From Actinomycetota bacterium (GTDB lineage: Bacteria; Actinomycetota; UBA4738; HRBIN12): a DNA stretch of 64,000 nucleotides. The DNA lies in assembly GCA_035762085.1 (NCBI GenBank), contig DASTPT010000032.1, positions 1,954-65,953 of the forward strand, in the 5' to 3' direction. The notes below the pieces were generated by a model that was given only the letters and a program-made list of their open reading frames with translations, did not search any database and was not told the origin of the DNA. Below, piece by piece: positions 46,151-55,186 of this stretch. The translations under genes were made by a program, and so were the position numbers. Numbering within the stretch: position 1 is the stretch's first letter; the number at the start of each line of letters is the position of its first letter.

Positions 46151-47902
46151 CTACCACCTCGTGCGCACGTAGAAGCGATCCTTCCCACTCACGACGAACT
46201 CCTGCGGCAGACGCTGGGTCGGCCTGATCCCCGAGATCACCAGGTCGTTCACGTGCTCCTTCGCCATGAGGAGCTCGAGCAGGTCGTCGAAGGACTCGGC
46301 GTCCCAGTACCGGGTCCGGTCGCGACCGCCGCGCATCTTGATCTCGATGTTCCTGTCCGGCCGCTTCGGGACGGTGAGGGTGGCCGTCACGACCTCGTCG
46401 TCGCCCTCGAGCATCTCGAAGGTGACCTGGATCGTGACGGTGTCACCCGGCCGCGCCCGCACGACGTTCGTCTCCTTCGGCGTCGGGAACGAGGTACTCG
46501 AGAGCAGCACCTGGCCGATCGTGCCCTCCAGCCGGTCCTTCGTCACCCAGCCGGTGGTGGACACGCCGTCGAACGTGACGTCCTCGAACTCGTTGAACGT
46601 CAGGGCGTCGATCGTCCTGATGAGCGGCCACATCGACTCGGTCACGTCCCACTGGGAGGACGCCATGGAGGTGTCCGAGACCGAGAACGGTCCGGCCGCC
46701 GTGTGCCCGGTGAGGGTCCAATCGAGCTCCGAGGTTCCGCCGCCGTAGTGCCCGAACGTCGCGGCGAAGTTCGCCCACAGGTGCGCCCAGACGATCTCCT
46801 CGAGCCACCAGCCCCAGGTGTGGATCGCCTGCGTCTCGCCGAGCCTCGACGTTCCCTCGTCCAGGTTGTCGAGGTCGCTCGTGACGGGGACCGACGGCGG
46901 CTCCAGCCCGACCGCACCGACGATGCCGGCGAACCGGTCCTGGACGATGGTGCCCCGCGGCTCGGTCAGGAGCGCGAAACGGGATCCCGGCCACCCGAGC
47001 GGCTTGAGCACCATCAACCCCTCCGCGCCCGAGAGTCCAAGCGAGATGTCGCCCGGCGCGTCGTAGAAGAACGGGTGCCCGAAGGCCGCGACGTAGTCGT
47101 CGCAGGTGAAGGTCGCGGTGCCGGTCGCGTAGTACGAGGCGTCGCCGTACGCGATCGCGGCGCCGAGCGGCTCACCCGGCGCGAACTGCGTCGGCACGAC
47201 GCCGACGGCCGTCGTGCTGGCCGAGGCCGCCCGGTAGACGCGGAAGTTCTCGCCGCGCTCGTCCAGACGGGCCTGCAGCTCTCCCGCCTGCCGGCGAGAC
47301 AGACCGGAGACGGCGAGCGGCGTCGGCAACTGCTGGAACGTGCCGGTCACGCTGGACACCGGCTCCCCCTGGATCCGCGCCATCGCCCGACGGATCGCGT
47401 CGGTCGGGACGATCGTCTGCTTCGGCGTCGCCGGCGGCTGGGCCGCATCCATGATCTCGAGCATCGCCTCGGCCGGCGTGAGCACGCCGAAGGTCGGGTC
47501 GTCGTAGAAGGCACCGGATACCGCGCCGGCCAGTTCACCCCCGACGTAGGCGGGCGAGCCCGACATCCCGAAGAAGACGCCGCCGGTCTCGTCGAGGAAC
47601 TCCTGCGGTCCGGTGATGTGGATCACGATCGCGTCGAGCCCGAGCATCCAGCCGTCGGGGATCGTGCCGACGACCTCGTACGTGAACGGCTCGGGCGTCG
47701 TCCCCGTGAGCGCGGTCACCCCGTCGCCGATCGTGCCGGGCAGGAGGTCCTCCTGCGCGATCACGGGCGGGAGGTTCGCCGGGTCGCACGCCACCTGAGC
47801 CGGCGCCGGGCCGGCCGCGAGCACGGTCGAAAGGAGCAGGACAGACGTGACGCCGGCCAGGGCTCCCAGCCGGCGTCGTTGGGCGGAGCGTGGTACGGAC
47901 AT
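46151..47902 (-). CDS. Secreted peptidase S55 (SpoIVB-like) domain protein
   Basis: Signal peptide (MSVPRSAQRRRLGALAGVTSVLLLSTVLAAGPAPA). GMSGSP serine-protease motif as in SpoIVB. ATG at 47902 with GAGGGGGG RBS. The ORF-track extension to 48871 is a low-complexity artefact. Confidence 0.7.
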   Translation of the reverse strand: MSVPRSAQRRRLGALAGVTSVLLLSTVLAAGPAPAQVACDPANLPPVIAQEDLLPGTIGDGVTALTGTTPEPFTYEVVGTIPDGWMLGLDAIVIHITGPQEFLDETGGVFFGMSGSPAYVGGELAGAVSGAFYDDPTFGVLTPAEAMLEIMDAAQPPATPKQTIVPTDAIRRAMARIQGEPVSSVTGTFQQLPTPLAVSGLSRRQAGELQARLDERGENFRVYRAASASTTAVGVVPTQFAPGEPLGAAIAYGDASYYATGTATFTCDDYVAAFGHPFFYDAPGDISLGLSGAEGLMVLKPLGWPGSRFALLTEPRGTIVQDRFAGIVGAVGLEPPSVPVTSDLDNLDEGTSRLGETQAIHTWGWWLEEIVWAHLWANFAATFGHYGGGTSELDWTLTGHTAAGPFSVSDTSMASSQWDVTESMWPLIRTIDALTFNEFEDVTFDGVSTTGWVTKDRLEGTIGQVLLSSTSFPTPKETNVVRARPGDTVTIQVTFEMLEGDDEVVTATLTVPKRPDRNIEIKMRGGRDRTRYWDAESFDDLLELLMAKEHVNDLVISGIRPTQRLPQEFVVSGKDRFYVRTRW

Positions 47903-48009
47903 GACACACCCCCCTCGAGGAGAACCATCCTGTTGGACGGGCGGAAGGACCCATCCGTTCCCCCCAGCGACAAGCTTATGCCGCGGGGGACCGAGGGTGT
48001 GACGCGCCG

Positions 48010-48813
48010 TCAGCCGCGCAGGGCGAGGTTCGACTCGCAGAAGGCCCGGTTCCGGACGAGCGCCGCGCGGAGCGCGCCCTCGTCGTCGCCGTACCGGCGC
48101 AGGTCGAGCTCCAGAGAGACCGTGCCACGGAACCCATCGAGTCGCAGGGAGTCGAGGAAGCGGTCGAGCTCGAGCACGCCCTCCTCCACCGGCAGGTGCG
48201 AGTCCCATCCCTTCCCCGCATTGTTCGACAGGTGGACGTGCCGGAGGCGGGGCGCGAGCTTGGCGGCGGCGTCGACCGGGTCCAGCCATGAGACGGCCGC
48301 GTGGCTCGTGTCCAGGACGACGTCGGGGAAGTTCGCGAGGTCCTCCAACGACCGCGACGCGTGCGGCGACGCGAGCGTGCGACCGCGGACGCGCACCGGG
48401 AACATGTTCTCGACCGCGACCGTGACGTCGGTCGTGCGCTCCAGCTCGGGGAGCTCCTCGTCCAGCCATCGCCGGTAGCCGGTCTGCCAGCGGAAGGCCG
48501 GGTGTACCACCACGAGCGGGGCGCCGATCTCCTCGGCCACCTGCGCCGCGCGGAGGATCTTGCCCGTGGGTTCGGTGCCCCAGACGGTCCTGGTGACCAG
48601 CAGGAAGGGCGCGTGGATCGCGTCGATCCGCATGCCGTATTCCTCGGCGAGCTCGAGGATCGTGTCCGGCTCTTGGGTCGCGGGGTCCTTCGTCACCATG
48701 ATCTCGATGCCGGTGAATCCCGCCTGGGCGAAGAGCGCGAAGGTCGAGCGGAGCGACCGTGACAGGACCGACGCGGTCGAGCACGCGAGGCGCGGACCGG
48801 CGGCATCGGTCAT
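48010..48813 (-). CDS. Sugar-phosphate isomerase/epimerase (xylose-isomerase-like TIM barrel)
   Basis: AP_endonuc_2/XylA-like TIM barrel pattern. Confidence 0.7.
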   Translation of the reverse strand: MTDAAGPRLACSTASVLSRSLRSTFALFAQAGFTGIEIMVTKDPATQEPDTILELAEEYGMRIDAIHAPFLLVTRTVWGTEPTGKILRAAQVAEEIGAPLVVVHPAFRWQTGYRRWLDEELPELERTTDVTVAVENMFPVRVRGRTLASPHASRSLEDLANFPDVVLDTSHAAVSWLDPVDAAAKLAPRLRHVHLSNNAGKGWDSHLPVEEGVLELDRFLDSLRLDGFRGTVSLELDLRRYGDDEGALRAALVRNRAFCESNLALRG

Positions 48814-48857
48814 GGGGCCATCGTACCGGCCGGGCGATCGCGGTCCGGAGGCGGGCT

Positions 48858-49580
48858 ATGCTCGGCGGCATGTGGGTCGTCCCGCTCGCGGCGTCGATCG
48901 TCGCGCTCGGGTTCGCAGGCCTCCTCGGCCGGCGTTCGCTGGGGCGCCTGCGCCCGGCGGAGCTCCTGTGGGCGCTGGCCCTGCTGATGTACGCGGCCGC
49001 CTCGTTCGCGCTGTTCCTCGGCGTGCTCGATGGGTGGGGCTCGGCCGAGTACCGCGTCTACTGGCTGTTCGGCGCCGTGCTGAACGTGCCGTACCTGGCG
49101 GCCGGGGAGCTCCTGCTGCTCGTCCGGGACCGGCGGGTGTGGATCCCGGCCCTCGTGCTGCTGGTGTTCGCGACCGCGTTCGCGGTGGCGCGGATCCGGA
49201 CGGCGCCGCTAGACGCCGCGGCGCTCGCCGCCGACCTGCCGAGGGGCGCCGACGCGTGGAGCGCGGACGCCATGGCGCTCGACCTGGCGCGCCTCTACGC
49301 GTTCCCGACGTACGCGTTCCTCGTCGGGGGGACGCTCTGGTCGGCCTGGCGGATGCGCAGGCGCCCGGATCTGCGCGATCGGTTCCTCGGCACGCTGGCG
49401 ATCGCGATCGGCGCCACGGCCGTGGCGGCCGGCTCGGCGTTCGCCGCGAGCGGCAACGTCGCGGGGTTCTCGGTCACGCTCGCGGCGGGGATCACGATCA
49501 TGTTCTGGGGGTTCCTGCGTGCCACGGGTCGCAGCGCCGCGTCGGATGCGCGTCCCGTGCCCGTCGACCGCCCGGCGTAG
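48858..49580 (+). CDS. Integral membrane protein (about 6 TM), hypothetical
   Basis: ATG at 48858 with GGAGG RBS. Multiple hydrophobic helices. Confidence 0.6.
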   Translation: MLGGMWVVPLAASIVALGFAGLLGRRSLGRLRPAELLWALALLMYAAASFALFLGVLDGWGSAEYRVYWLFGAVLNVPYLAAGELLLLVRDRRVWIPALVLLVFATAFAVARIRTAPLDAAALAADLPRGADAWSADAMALDLARLYAFPTYAFLVGGTLWSAWRMRRRPDLRDRFLGTLAIAIGATAVAAGSAFAASGNVAGFSVTLAAGITIMFWGFLRATGRSAASDARPVPVDRPA

Positions 49581-49598
49581 GCCGGACGAGGTGGGGCC

Positions 49599-50327
49599 TC
49601 AGATCCTGGCCCGCCAGGTGTGCCCGTCGCCGAGCGTGGGGTCCTCGGGCTCGACCCCGAGGGGCTCCTCGGTGATGAGGATCTCGTCGTACCGGATCGG
49701 GTCGACGGTCAGGCGCAGCAGGACGACGCCCGCCTCCGGGACGAACGGCTCGCCGACGGGTTCGAACGTGCCGGCGCTGCCGAGCCACAGCTGGAACGCG
49801 TTGCCCTCGGCGGGCTCGGGGACCTCGTCCCCGTACAGGTACATGTGCTCGCGCCCGGGCCCCGAGACCTCGACCAGTTGGCCGACGGTCCCGGAGGACG
49901 AGGCCTGGAGCGCGACCGGGTCGGCTCCGGGCTGTCGCATCGCGTTCAGCACCTCGAGGGCCGTGCCGCGCTCGGCCTCGGCCCGGGTGGCGCGGCTGCC
50001 GAGCGATAGCGAGAACCCCGCCATCCCCAGGAGCGCCGCGACGCTCGCGACGACGGCGACCATCCCGACGCCTCGTCGCCGGCGGACCGGCACATCGTCG
50101 AGCCCGCGGCGGATCCGCGTGAGCACCAGGTCCGGGGGATCGGCGGCGGCGGCGAGACCGAGGTCGCCGGTGAGGTCTCGGAAGTCCGCGAGCGCGGCCC
50201 GGCATGTGAGGCACCAGGGGACGTGATCGGACAGGAGTCGGTCGGCCTCGTCGGCGTCGGGCCCCTCGAGGGCGATCAGCGCGTAGCCCGCGAGGAGCTC
50301 GAGGTTCCGATCGTGCTCGTCCGTCAC
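49599..50327 (-). CDS. Anti-sigma factor (zf-HC2 / RskA-like, single TM plus extracytoplasmic domain)
   Basis: HxxxCxxC motif (DHVPWCLTCRAAL), then a TM helix. The GTG start overlaps the sigma-factor TGA stop (GTGA). Confidence 0.75.
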   Translation of the reverse strand: MTDEHDRNLELLAGYALIALEGPDADEADRLLSDHVPWCLTCRAALADFRDLTGDLGLAAAADPPDLVLTRIRRGLDDVPVRRRRGVGMVAVVASVAALLGMAGFSLSLGSRATRAEAERGTALEVLNAMRQPGADPVALQASSSGTVGQLVEVSGPGREHMYLYGDEVPEPAEGNAFQLWLGSAGTFEPVGEPFVPEAGVVLLRLTVDPIRYDEILITEEPLGVEPEDPTLGDGHTWRARI

Positions 50328-50896
50328 CCCTCGTCCTCCCGTTCGAGCGCCCGCCGCAGCTTCCGCATGGCCGCGAGGGTCCTGGTCTTCACCGTCCCGA
50401 GCGGGATGCCGAGCTCCTCGGCGATCGCCGCCTGGGTCGAGCCCCCGAAGTACGCCAGCTCGAGCACCTGTCGCTGTTCGGGCGGCAGGGTCCGGAGCGC
50501 CTCGAGGACCTCCTTGCGTCGCAGGTCGAGATCGGCCTCGCGCACGACGCCCTCCGCTACATCTTCGCCGACGACGGGCTCGAGGTTCGAGGCGCGCTCG
50601 GTCCGTTTGCGGAGCCGGTCCTCGCGCCGCACGGTGTCGACCGCTCGATGGTGGACGAGCGAGAGGAAGAAGGACCGGAACGTCCCCCGCGAGGGATCGT
50701 AGGCCTCGGGCGCCCGCCACAGGGCCAGGAACGCGTCCTGGACGACCTCCTGGGCCAGCGCCTCCTGGGCGGTCACGCGCCTGGCCAGGCCGTACGCGGC
50801 GCCCGCGTACCGCCGGAACAGCTCCTCGAACGCTCCGCGGTCGCCCGCGGAGACGCGCCGGTGGAGCTCCAGGTCGACCCGGTCCCCGTCCTGCAC
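50324..50896 (-). CDS. ECF (group IV) RNA polymerase sigma factor
   Basis: Sigma-70 region 2 (…EVVQDAFLALWR…) and region 4 (…LELAYFGGSTQAAIAEELGIPLGTVKTR…). GTG start at 50896. Confidence 0.85.
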   Translation of the reverse strand: MQDGDRVDLELHRRVSAGDRGAFEELFRRYAGAAYGLARRVTAQEALAQEVVQDAFLALWRAPEAYDPSRGTFRSFFLSLVHHRAVDTVRREDRLRKRTERASNLEPVVGEDVAEGVVREADLDLRRKEVLEALRTLPPEQRQVLELAYFGGSTQAAIAEELGIPLGTVKTRTLAAMRKLRRALEREDEG

Positions 50897-50934
50897 GCAC
50901 CCGTTGTAACAGACGCCGCTACGATGGCCGCCCG

Positions 50935-51171
50935 ATGGTCTCCGTCGTGCTCTACTCCAGGCCGGGCTGCGGGCTGTGCGACGAGGCCCGAGCGGTGATC
51001 CTGGCCGAGCGAGAGCGGACGGCGTTCGCCTTCGACGAGGTCGACATCTCGGGCGACGACGCCCTCGAGCTGGAGTATGGGATCCGGATCCCGGTCGTCG
51101 TGCTGGACGGCTCGGAGGCCTTCGAGATCCGCGTCGAGCCACGGGCGTTCGCCGCCGCGGTCCGAGGCTGA
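50935..51171 (+). CDS. Glutaredoxin-like protein (CxxC thioredoxin fold; NrdH/DUF836-like)
   Basis: 78 aa. VVLYSRPGCGLCDEAR active-site motif. Confidence 0.75.
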   Translation: MVSVVLYSRPGCGLCDEARAVILAERERTAFAFDEVDISGDDALELEYGIRIPVVVLDGSEAFEIRVEPRAFAAAVRG

Positions 51172-51228
51172 CCCGGACTCCGCTTGCGCGTTCGTGAACG
51201 CCGGACGAGCACGCGCTAGGCTACGGTC

Positions 51229-51912
51229 GTGAGCGACCGCCCCATCCCGGAGGCCACCGTGGGGCGTCTGCCCCTGTACCTTCGGGCGCTCGTCGAGATG
51301 GCGGAGAACGGGACCTCGACGGTCTCGTCGGAGACGCTCGCGGAGGCCACCGGCGTCAACTCGGCCAAGGTGCGCAAGGACCTGTCGCACCTGGGCTCCT
51401 ACGGCACCCGGGGCGTCGGCTACGACGTCGCGTACCTGATCCACCAGGTCCGGCGCGAGCTCGGCCTGACCCAGGCCTGGCCGATCGTGATCGCCGGCAT
51501 CGGGAACCTCGGCCAGGCGCTCGCGAACTACCGGGGGTTCGTCGAGCGGGGCTTCCGCACCGTCGCGCTCCTCGACAACGATCCCGCGAAGATCGGCACC
51601 TCGATCGACGGGGTGTCGATCCGATCGATCGACGACATCCAGGCGGTCGTCCGCGAGCACCAGGCGGCGATCGGGGTGATCGCCACCCCCGCGGCGGCCG
51701 CCCAGGAGGTGGCCGACGCCATGGTGGCGGCCGGGATCCACTCGATCCTGAACTTCGCGCCGGCGATCGTCTCCGTGCCGCGCGGGGTCTCGGTCCGAAA
51801 GGTCGACCTGGCGATCGAGCTGCAGATCCTCACGTACTACGAACAGCGGCAGGCGACGCTCGCGGAGGTCAAGCGGCGTGGTCGGTCGGTGGCCGACCTG
51901 GCGCAGGTCTGA
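51229..51912 (+). CDS. rex: Redox-sensing transcriptional repressor Rex
   Basis: N-terminal winged-helix (…LPLYLRAL…) plus NADH-binding Rossmann (IAGIGNLGQAL). Typical Rex length. Confidence 0.9.
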   Translation: MSDRPIPEATVGRLPLYLRALVEMAENGTSTVSSETLAEATGVNSAKVRKDLSHLGSYGTRGVGYDVAYLIHQVRRELGLTQAWPIVIAGIGNLGQALANYRGFVERGFRTVALLDNDPAKIGTSIDGVSIRSIDDIQAVVREHQAAIGVIATPAAAAQEVADAMVAAGIHSILNFAPAIVSVPRGVSVRKVDLAIELQILTYYEQRQATLAEVKRRGRSVADLAQV

Positions 51913-51924
51913 GGGCGGCGGAGC

Positions 51925-52038
51925 TCAGCGGGCGATCGTGAACCACAGCGTGATGAACACGGCGATCACCATCACGCCGAACAGGATCCACTGAACGCTG
52001 CCCTCTTCGATGAGCGGAACGACGGTCTCGGCCAGCAC
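51925..52038 (-). CDS. Tiny membrane peptide (37 aa) at the 3' end of the bc-complex operon, unannotated
   Basis: GTG start 6 nt after a perfect AGGAGGAG RBS that overlaps the upstream stop. Sequence VLAETVVPLIEEGSVQWILFGVMVIAVFITLWFTIAR. Confidence 0.5.
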   Translation of the reverse strand: MLAETVVPLIEEGSVQWILFGVMVIAVFITLWFTIAR

Positions 52039-52050
52039 GTCGGTCTCCTC

Positions 52051-52797
52051 CTAGGCGGGTCCGTACCAGGGCGGCGCCTTGCCCCCCGTCAGGACGTCCT
52101 TGCGTTTGCGCTCGGCGCGGTCCAGCAGCGGGAGGTGGACCGCGAGGCCGATCGCCGACGCGACCATGAACAGCCACGAGTACACCGGCACGCTGCCGCT
52201 GTCGTGCCGCAGGTAGACGGTGAGCACCGGCCCGCCGTCGTTGTAGAAGGCCTCCGCTCCGGCGAGCGACGCATCCCCGTCGGTCGCGAACCGGATCTCC
52301 TGCACCGTGAAATCCGAGGTCTGCACGCCGCCCGGGTCGAACTCGGTCATCCCCTGCTCCTCGTTCATCTGGTGCGCGAGGTAGGACTGGACCGCACCCT
52401 GCACGGACTGGACCGAGCTGGTGTCGGCCTCGTTCGTCCCCGGCTCCCGCCACTGGGGACGGTCCGGATAGCTCGAGAACACGTCGTTCGGCGCCTCCGG
52501 CTGGGTGCCGGCCGCCTCGACCACCCAGGCGGGCTCGACGCCACGCGGGCCGAGGTTCGTCGGCGTCTCGGTCCCCTGGGACCAGAACCCGAACGCCCAC
52601 AGCGCCGAGAGCAGGAGCATCCATCCGAAGAACGCGGTGGCGACGACCAGGTACCCCATCCGACGCCCGAAGACGGCCGAGACGAGGAGCAGGACCGTCC
52701 CGATGAACAGGACGAACCCCACGATCACGGACAGCCCGCCCTTGAGCAGCGTGTCGCACGCGATGTCGAAGCCCAGACAGGTCTCGGCGGCGTTCAC
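52051..52797 (-). CDS. Membrane protein (248 aa, two N-terminal TM helices plus soluble domain), terminal gene of the bc-complex operon
   Basis: GTG start overlaps the cytochrome c stop (GTGA). Hydrophobic N-terminus (GLSVIVGFVLFIGTVLLLVSAVFG…). No domain recognised. Confidence 0.6.
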   Translation of the reverse strand: MNAAETCLGFDIACDTLLKGGLSVIVGFVLFIGTVLLLVSAVFGRRMGYLVVATAFFGWMLLLSALWAFGFWSQGTETPTNLGPRGVEPAWVVEAAGTQPEAPNDVFSSYPDRPQWREPGTNEADTSSVQSVQGAVQSYLAHQMNEEQGMTEFDPGGVQTSDFTVQEIRFATDGDASLAGAEAFYNDGGPVLTVYLRHDSGSVPVYSWLFMVASAIGLAVHLPLLDRAERKRKDVLTGGKAPPWYGPA

Positions 52798-53546
52798 AGC
52801 TCGACGTTCGTGGTCGGGGAGGGTTTGTTCGCAAGGTTCCCGTCGAGGAACTCGTCGACGGCGGCCTGCTGCGCCTCCGGGTTGATGCACAGGTTCTTGT
52901 CGAACGGGACCTGAGCCTCGTCCTGGATCGACACGATGTAGTTCACGATGTCGTTGATCCGCTGATCCGTGAGGGCGCCGGCGTACTCGATGCTCCACGA
53001 CGGCATCTGGCCGCGCCCCTGCTCGATCGTGGTGTAGATGTCCTGCAGCCCGTAGATCAGCGGGTGCCCGGTGAAGGGGCCGCCGCACACGGTCGTGAGG
53101 TCCGGCGTGTTGATGACCGGCTGCGGTCCCTCGCCCGTGGCCGCGCCGAGGATCTGGCCGCCCTTCAGCTCGCTCCCGTGGCACCGGACGCACCCCACGC
53201 CGCCCTGGTTCTCCTCGGTGAAGTTCTCCACCGCCGCCTCGCCGCGCCCGACCGAGTCCTCGAGCAGGCGCTCCTCCTGCGACAGGTTCGTGCCCGGCTC
53301 GAAGATCCAGGTGGCCGGGATCCACACCACGAAGAAGACCACGAGCAGGACGCCCCACCCCTGGAGCCTCTGCAGGAGCGGGGTCTCGAGGTCGGGGTCC
53401 GACGGGCCGGGGCGCATCGCGTTCGGGATGTCGGGCGCCTCGGCCCGGCGCCGGCCGCGCGCTGCCACCACGGCGCCACCCACGATGATGAGCGCCACGC
53501 CGACGCCGGCGATGATGATCCCCTGGGTGGAGCTGAGCGCCAGCAT
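52794..53546 (-). CDS. qcrC: Membrane-anchored monoheme cytochrome c subunit of the bc complex (QcrC-like)
   Basis: N-terminal TM helix then a CVRCH heme-binding motif. ATGA overlap with the Rieske gene. Confidence 0.75.
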   Translation of the reverse strand: MLALSSTQGIIIAGVGVALIIVGGAVVAARGRRRAEAPDIPNAMRPGPSDPDLETPLLQRLQGWGVLLVVFFVVWIPATWIFEPGTNLSQEERLLEDSVGRGEAAVENFTEENQGGVGCVRCHGSELKGGQILGAATGEGPQPVINTPDLTTVCGGPFTGHPLIYGLQDIYTTIEQGRGQMPSWSIEYAGALTDQRINDIVNYIVSIQDEAQVPFDKNLCINPEAQQAAVDEFLDGNLANKPSPTTNVEL

Positions 53547-54271
53547 CAACCCGGCGCCACGCAGAACGGTCCGGACCGGGGCCGGCGCAGCGTGTCGGTG
53601 CCGCGCGGGGGCCCCAGGATGATCGCGGACGTGTCGACCATCACGTCGCCGGCGTCGGTGATCTCGACCGCGAACCGGTCCAGCCCCCGCGGCGCGGGCC
53701 CGAGGGTGTACTCGCCGGCGGTGTTGTACTTCGAGCCGTGGCAGGGGCACTCGAACCACTGCGACGCCTTGCAGAACGGCACCCGGCAGCCCAGGTGCAC
53801 GCACCGCTGGTACAGCGGCATGATCCCCTGCGCTGCGACCCCTTCGGTCTCGTAGTCGATCGACTCGGTCGCCTTGCCCTCGTACGCGACGATGTAGAAG
53901 CGGCCGGCGCCGTAGTAGTAGGGCTCGTCGTCGGCCGAGATGGCGGCCTTGATGTCCCCGACCTTGCCGGCGTTGATCACCGAGCCGAAGCCGCCCCTCA
54001 GGTTCGGCCACAGGAAGGCGATCGTCATGCCGCCGAACTGCGCGGCGAACACGCCGAGCGACGCGAGGAGCGACCGACGGAAGAAATCGCGGCGGGAAAC
54101 GGGCTTCGACGTCTTCGTGACCTCGGAGACCGGCAGGCCGGCCTCGGCGGCGCGCTCGGCCCGGCGGGCGCGGACGAACGAGAGGCCGAACACGATCGCG
54201 AACAGGTCGATCACCACGACGGCGACGATGGCCGCGACGACCCCGCTGGAGACGGCCAGGACGGGCGTCAT
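53546..54271 (-). CDS. qcrA: Rieske [2Fe-2S] iron-sulfur subunit (QcrA)
   Basis: CVHLGC…CPCHGS Rieske boxes. N-terminal TM helix. ATG at 54271 overlaps the upstream stop (ATGA). Confidence 0.88.
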   Translation of the reverse strand: MTPVLAVSSGVVAAIVAVVVIDLFAIVFGLSFVRARRAERAAEAGLPVSEVTKTSKPVSRRDFFRRSLLASLGVFAAQFGGMTIAFLWPNLRGGFGSVINAGKVGDIKAAISADDEPYYYGAGRFYIVAYEGKATESIDYETEGVAAQGIMPLYQRCVHLGCRVPFCKASQWFECPCHGSKYNTAGEYTLGPAPRGLDRFAVEITDAGDVMVDTSAIILGPPRGTDTLRRPRSGPFCVAPG

Positions 54272-55167
54272 AGCTCGAAGAACACCCCCTGCGCCCACGG
54301 CCACACCCAGTTGTAGCCGGTGCCGCGGAAGAACGATCCGATGATCGTCAGCGTCGCGCCGAACATGAACAGCATGGTGAACAGCGTGATCGCGAGCTTG
54401 CGATCGCCCGGCCTCGTGCTGGGGTTGCGGTCGATGTAGGGGACCGCCGCCAGGCCGACGAGGATGAACGTGGGGATCGTGATCCCGGCCACGAGCGGGT
54501 GGAAGTACCGGAGCAGCTCCTGCAGCCCGAGGAAGTACCAGGGCGCCTTCGAGGGGTTCGGCGTGAGGTTCGGGTCGGCCAGCTCGCGCAGCGGCGCGTT
54601 CACGAACGTCGAGAAGATCACCATGCCGGCCGAGAGCACGAGGAGGGCGATGAACTCCTCGATCAGGAGGTGCGGCCAGACGTTGATGCGGTCGCCCTGC
54701 TCGCGCTCGACGCGCTGGATGCCCTCCGGCGGGACGAGCGCGAGGAGGCGGTGCTTCTCGGGCGCGCCGCGCTTCGGCTCGGGGACGTTGCCCGTGGGCG
54801 CGGGCGCCTCGCGCGTCGGAGCGGCCACCGTGGCCGTCGCGGCGGCGGCGGCGGGAGCGGGTGCCGCGGCAGGCGGAGCGGGCGCCGCGGCAGGCGAAGC
54901 GGGCGCTGGCGCGGCTGCCACCGGTGCGGCTGCCGGAGCCACGGCCGGTGCGGCCGCCGGCGCCTCGGCCGCAGGTTCGGCGGGGGCGGCTGCGGGTGTC
55001 GCGGCGGCGGGCGCGGGACCGCCCTCGCCCGACTTCATGCGGTGGGCACGGACGGCGGCGGAGCGAGCACGGCCCTCGGCGACCCGTCGGTCGGTGCCCT
55101 TGGCCAGCTCGGCCTCGAGCGTCCGGTCGAACGTCTCCTGGTCGAGCGGTGTGTCCTCGCGCGCCAT
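54268..55167 (-). CDS. Cytochrome b6f-type subunit IV (cytochrome b C-terminal domain) with a ~150-aa Pro/Ala-rich N-terminal extension
   Basis: C-terminal ~150 aa match subunit IV/PetD (…WPHLLIEEFIALLVL…PWYFLGLQELLRY…). ATG at 55167 with strong AAGGAGAG RBS. The N-terminal region is a low-complexity PAAAP-repeat linker. Confidence 0.75.
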   Translation of the reverse strand: MAREDTPLDQETFDRTLEAELAKGTDRRVAEGRARSAAVRAHRMKSGEGGPAPAAATPAAAPAEPAAEAPAAAPAVAPAAAPVAAAPAPASPAAAPAPPAAAPAPAAAAATATVAAPTREAPAPTGNVPEPKRGAPEKHRLLALVPPEGIQRVEREQGDRINVWPHLLIEEFIALLVLSAGMVIFSTFVNAPLRELADPNLTPNPSKAPWYFLGLQELLRYFHPLVAGITIPTFILVGLAAVPYIDRNPSTRPGDRKLAITLFTMLFMFGATLTIIGSFFRGTGYNWVWPWAQGVFFEL

Positions 55168-55186
55168 CGCTCTCCTTCGCCTTGAC

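Noticed and set aside
46151-48871. ORF-track 906-aa extension of the S55 peptidase gene, and the 46253..48478 plus-strand ORF
   Set aside because: The extension upstream of 47902 is Arg/Gly/Pro-rich and overlaps a well-supported sugar-phosphate isomerase gene. An ATG with RBS and signal peptide at 47902 gives a sensible protein.
51172-51228. Possible Rex box upstream of rex itself (TTCGTGAAcgccggacGAGCACG)
   Set aside because: Only one half-site matches. The second half is not a TTCAC palindrome.
54830-55020. Imperfect GC-rich tandem DNA repeats (GCGGC/GCCGG-rich 15–30-nt units)
   Set aside because: They are the coding sequence of the Pro/Ala-rich linker of subunit IV. They are in-frame coding repeats, not a CRISPR array or non-coding repeat element.
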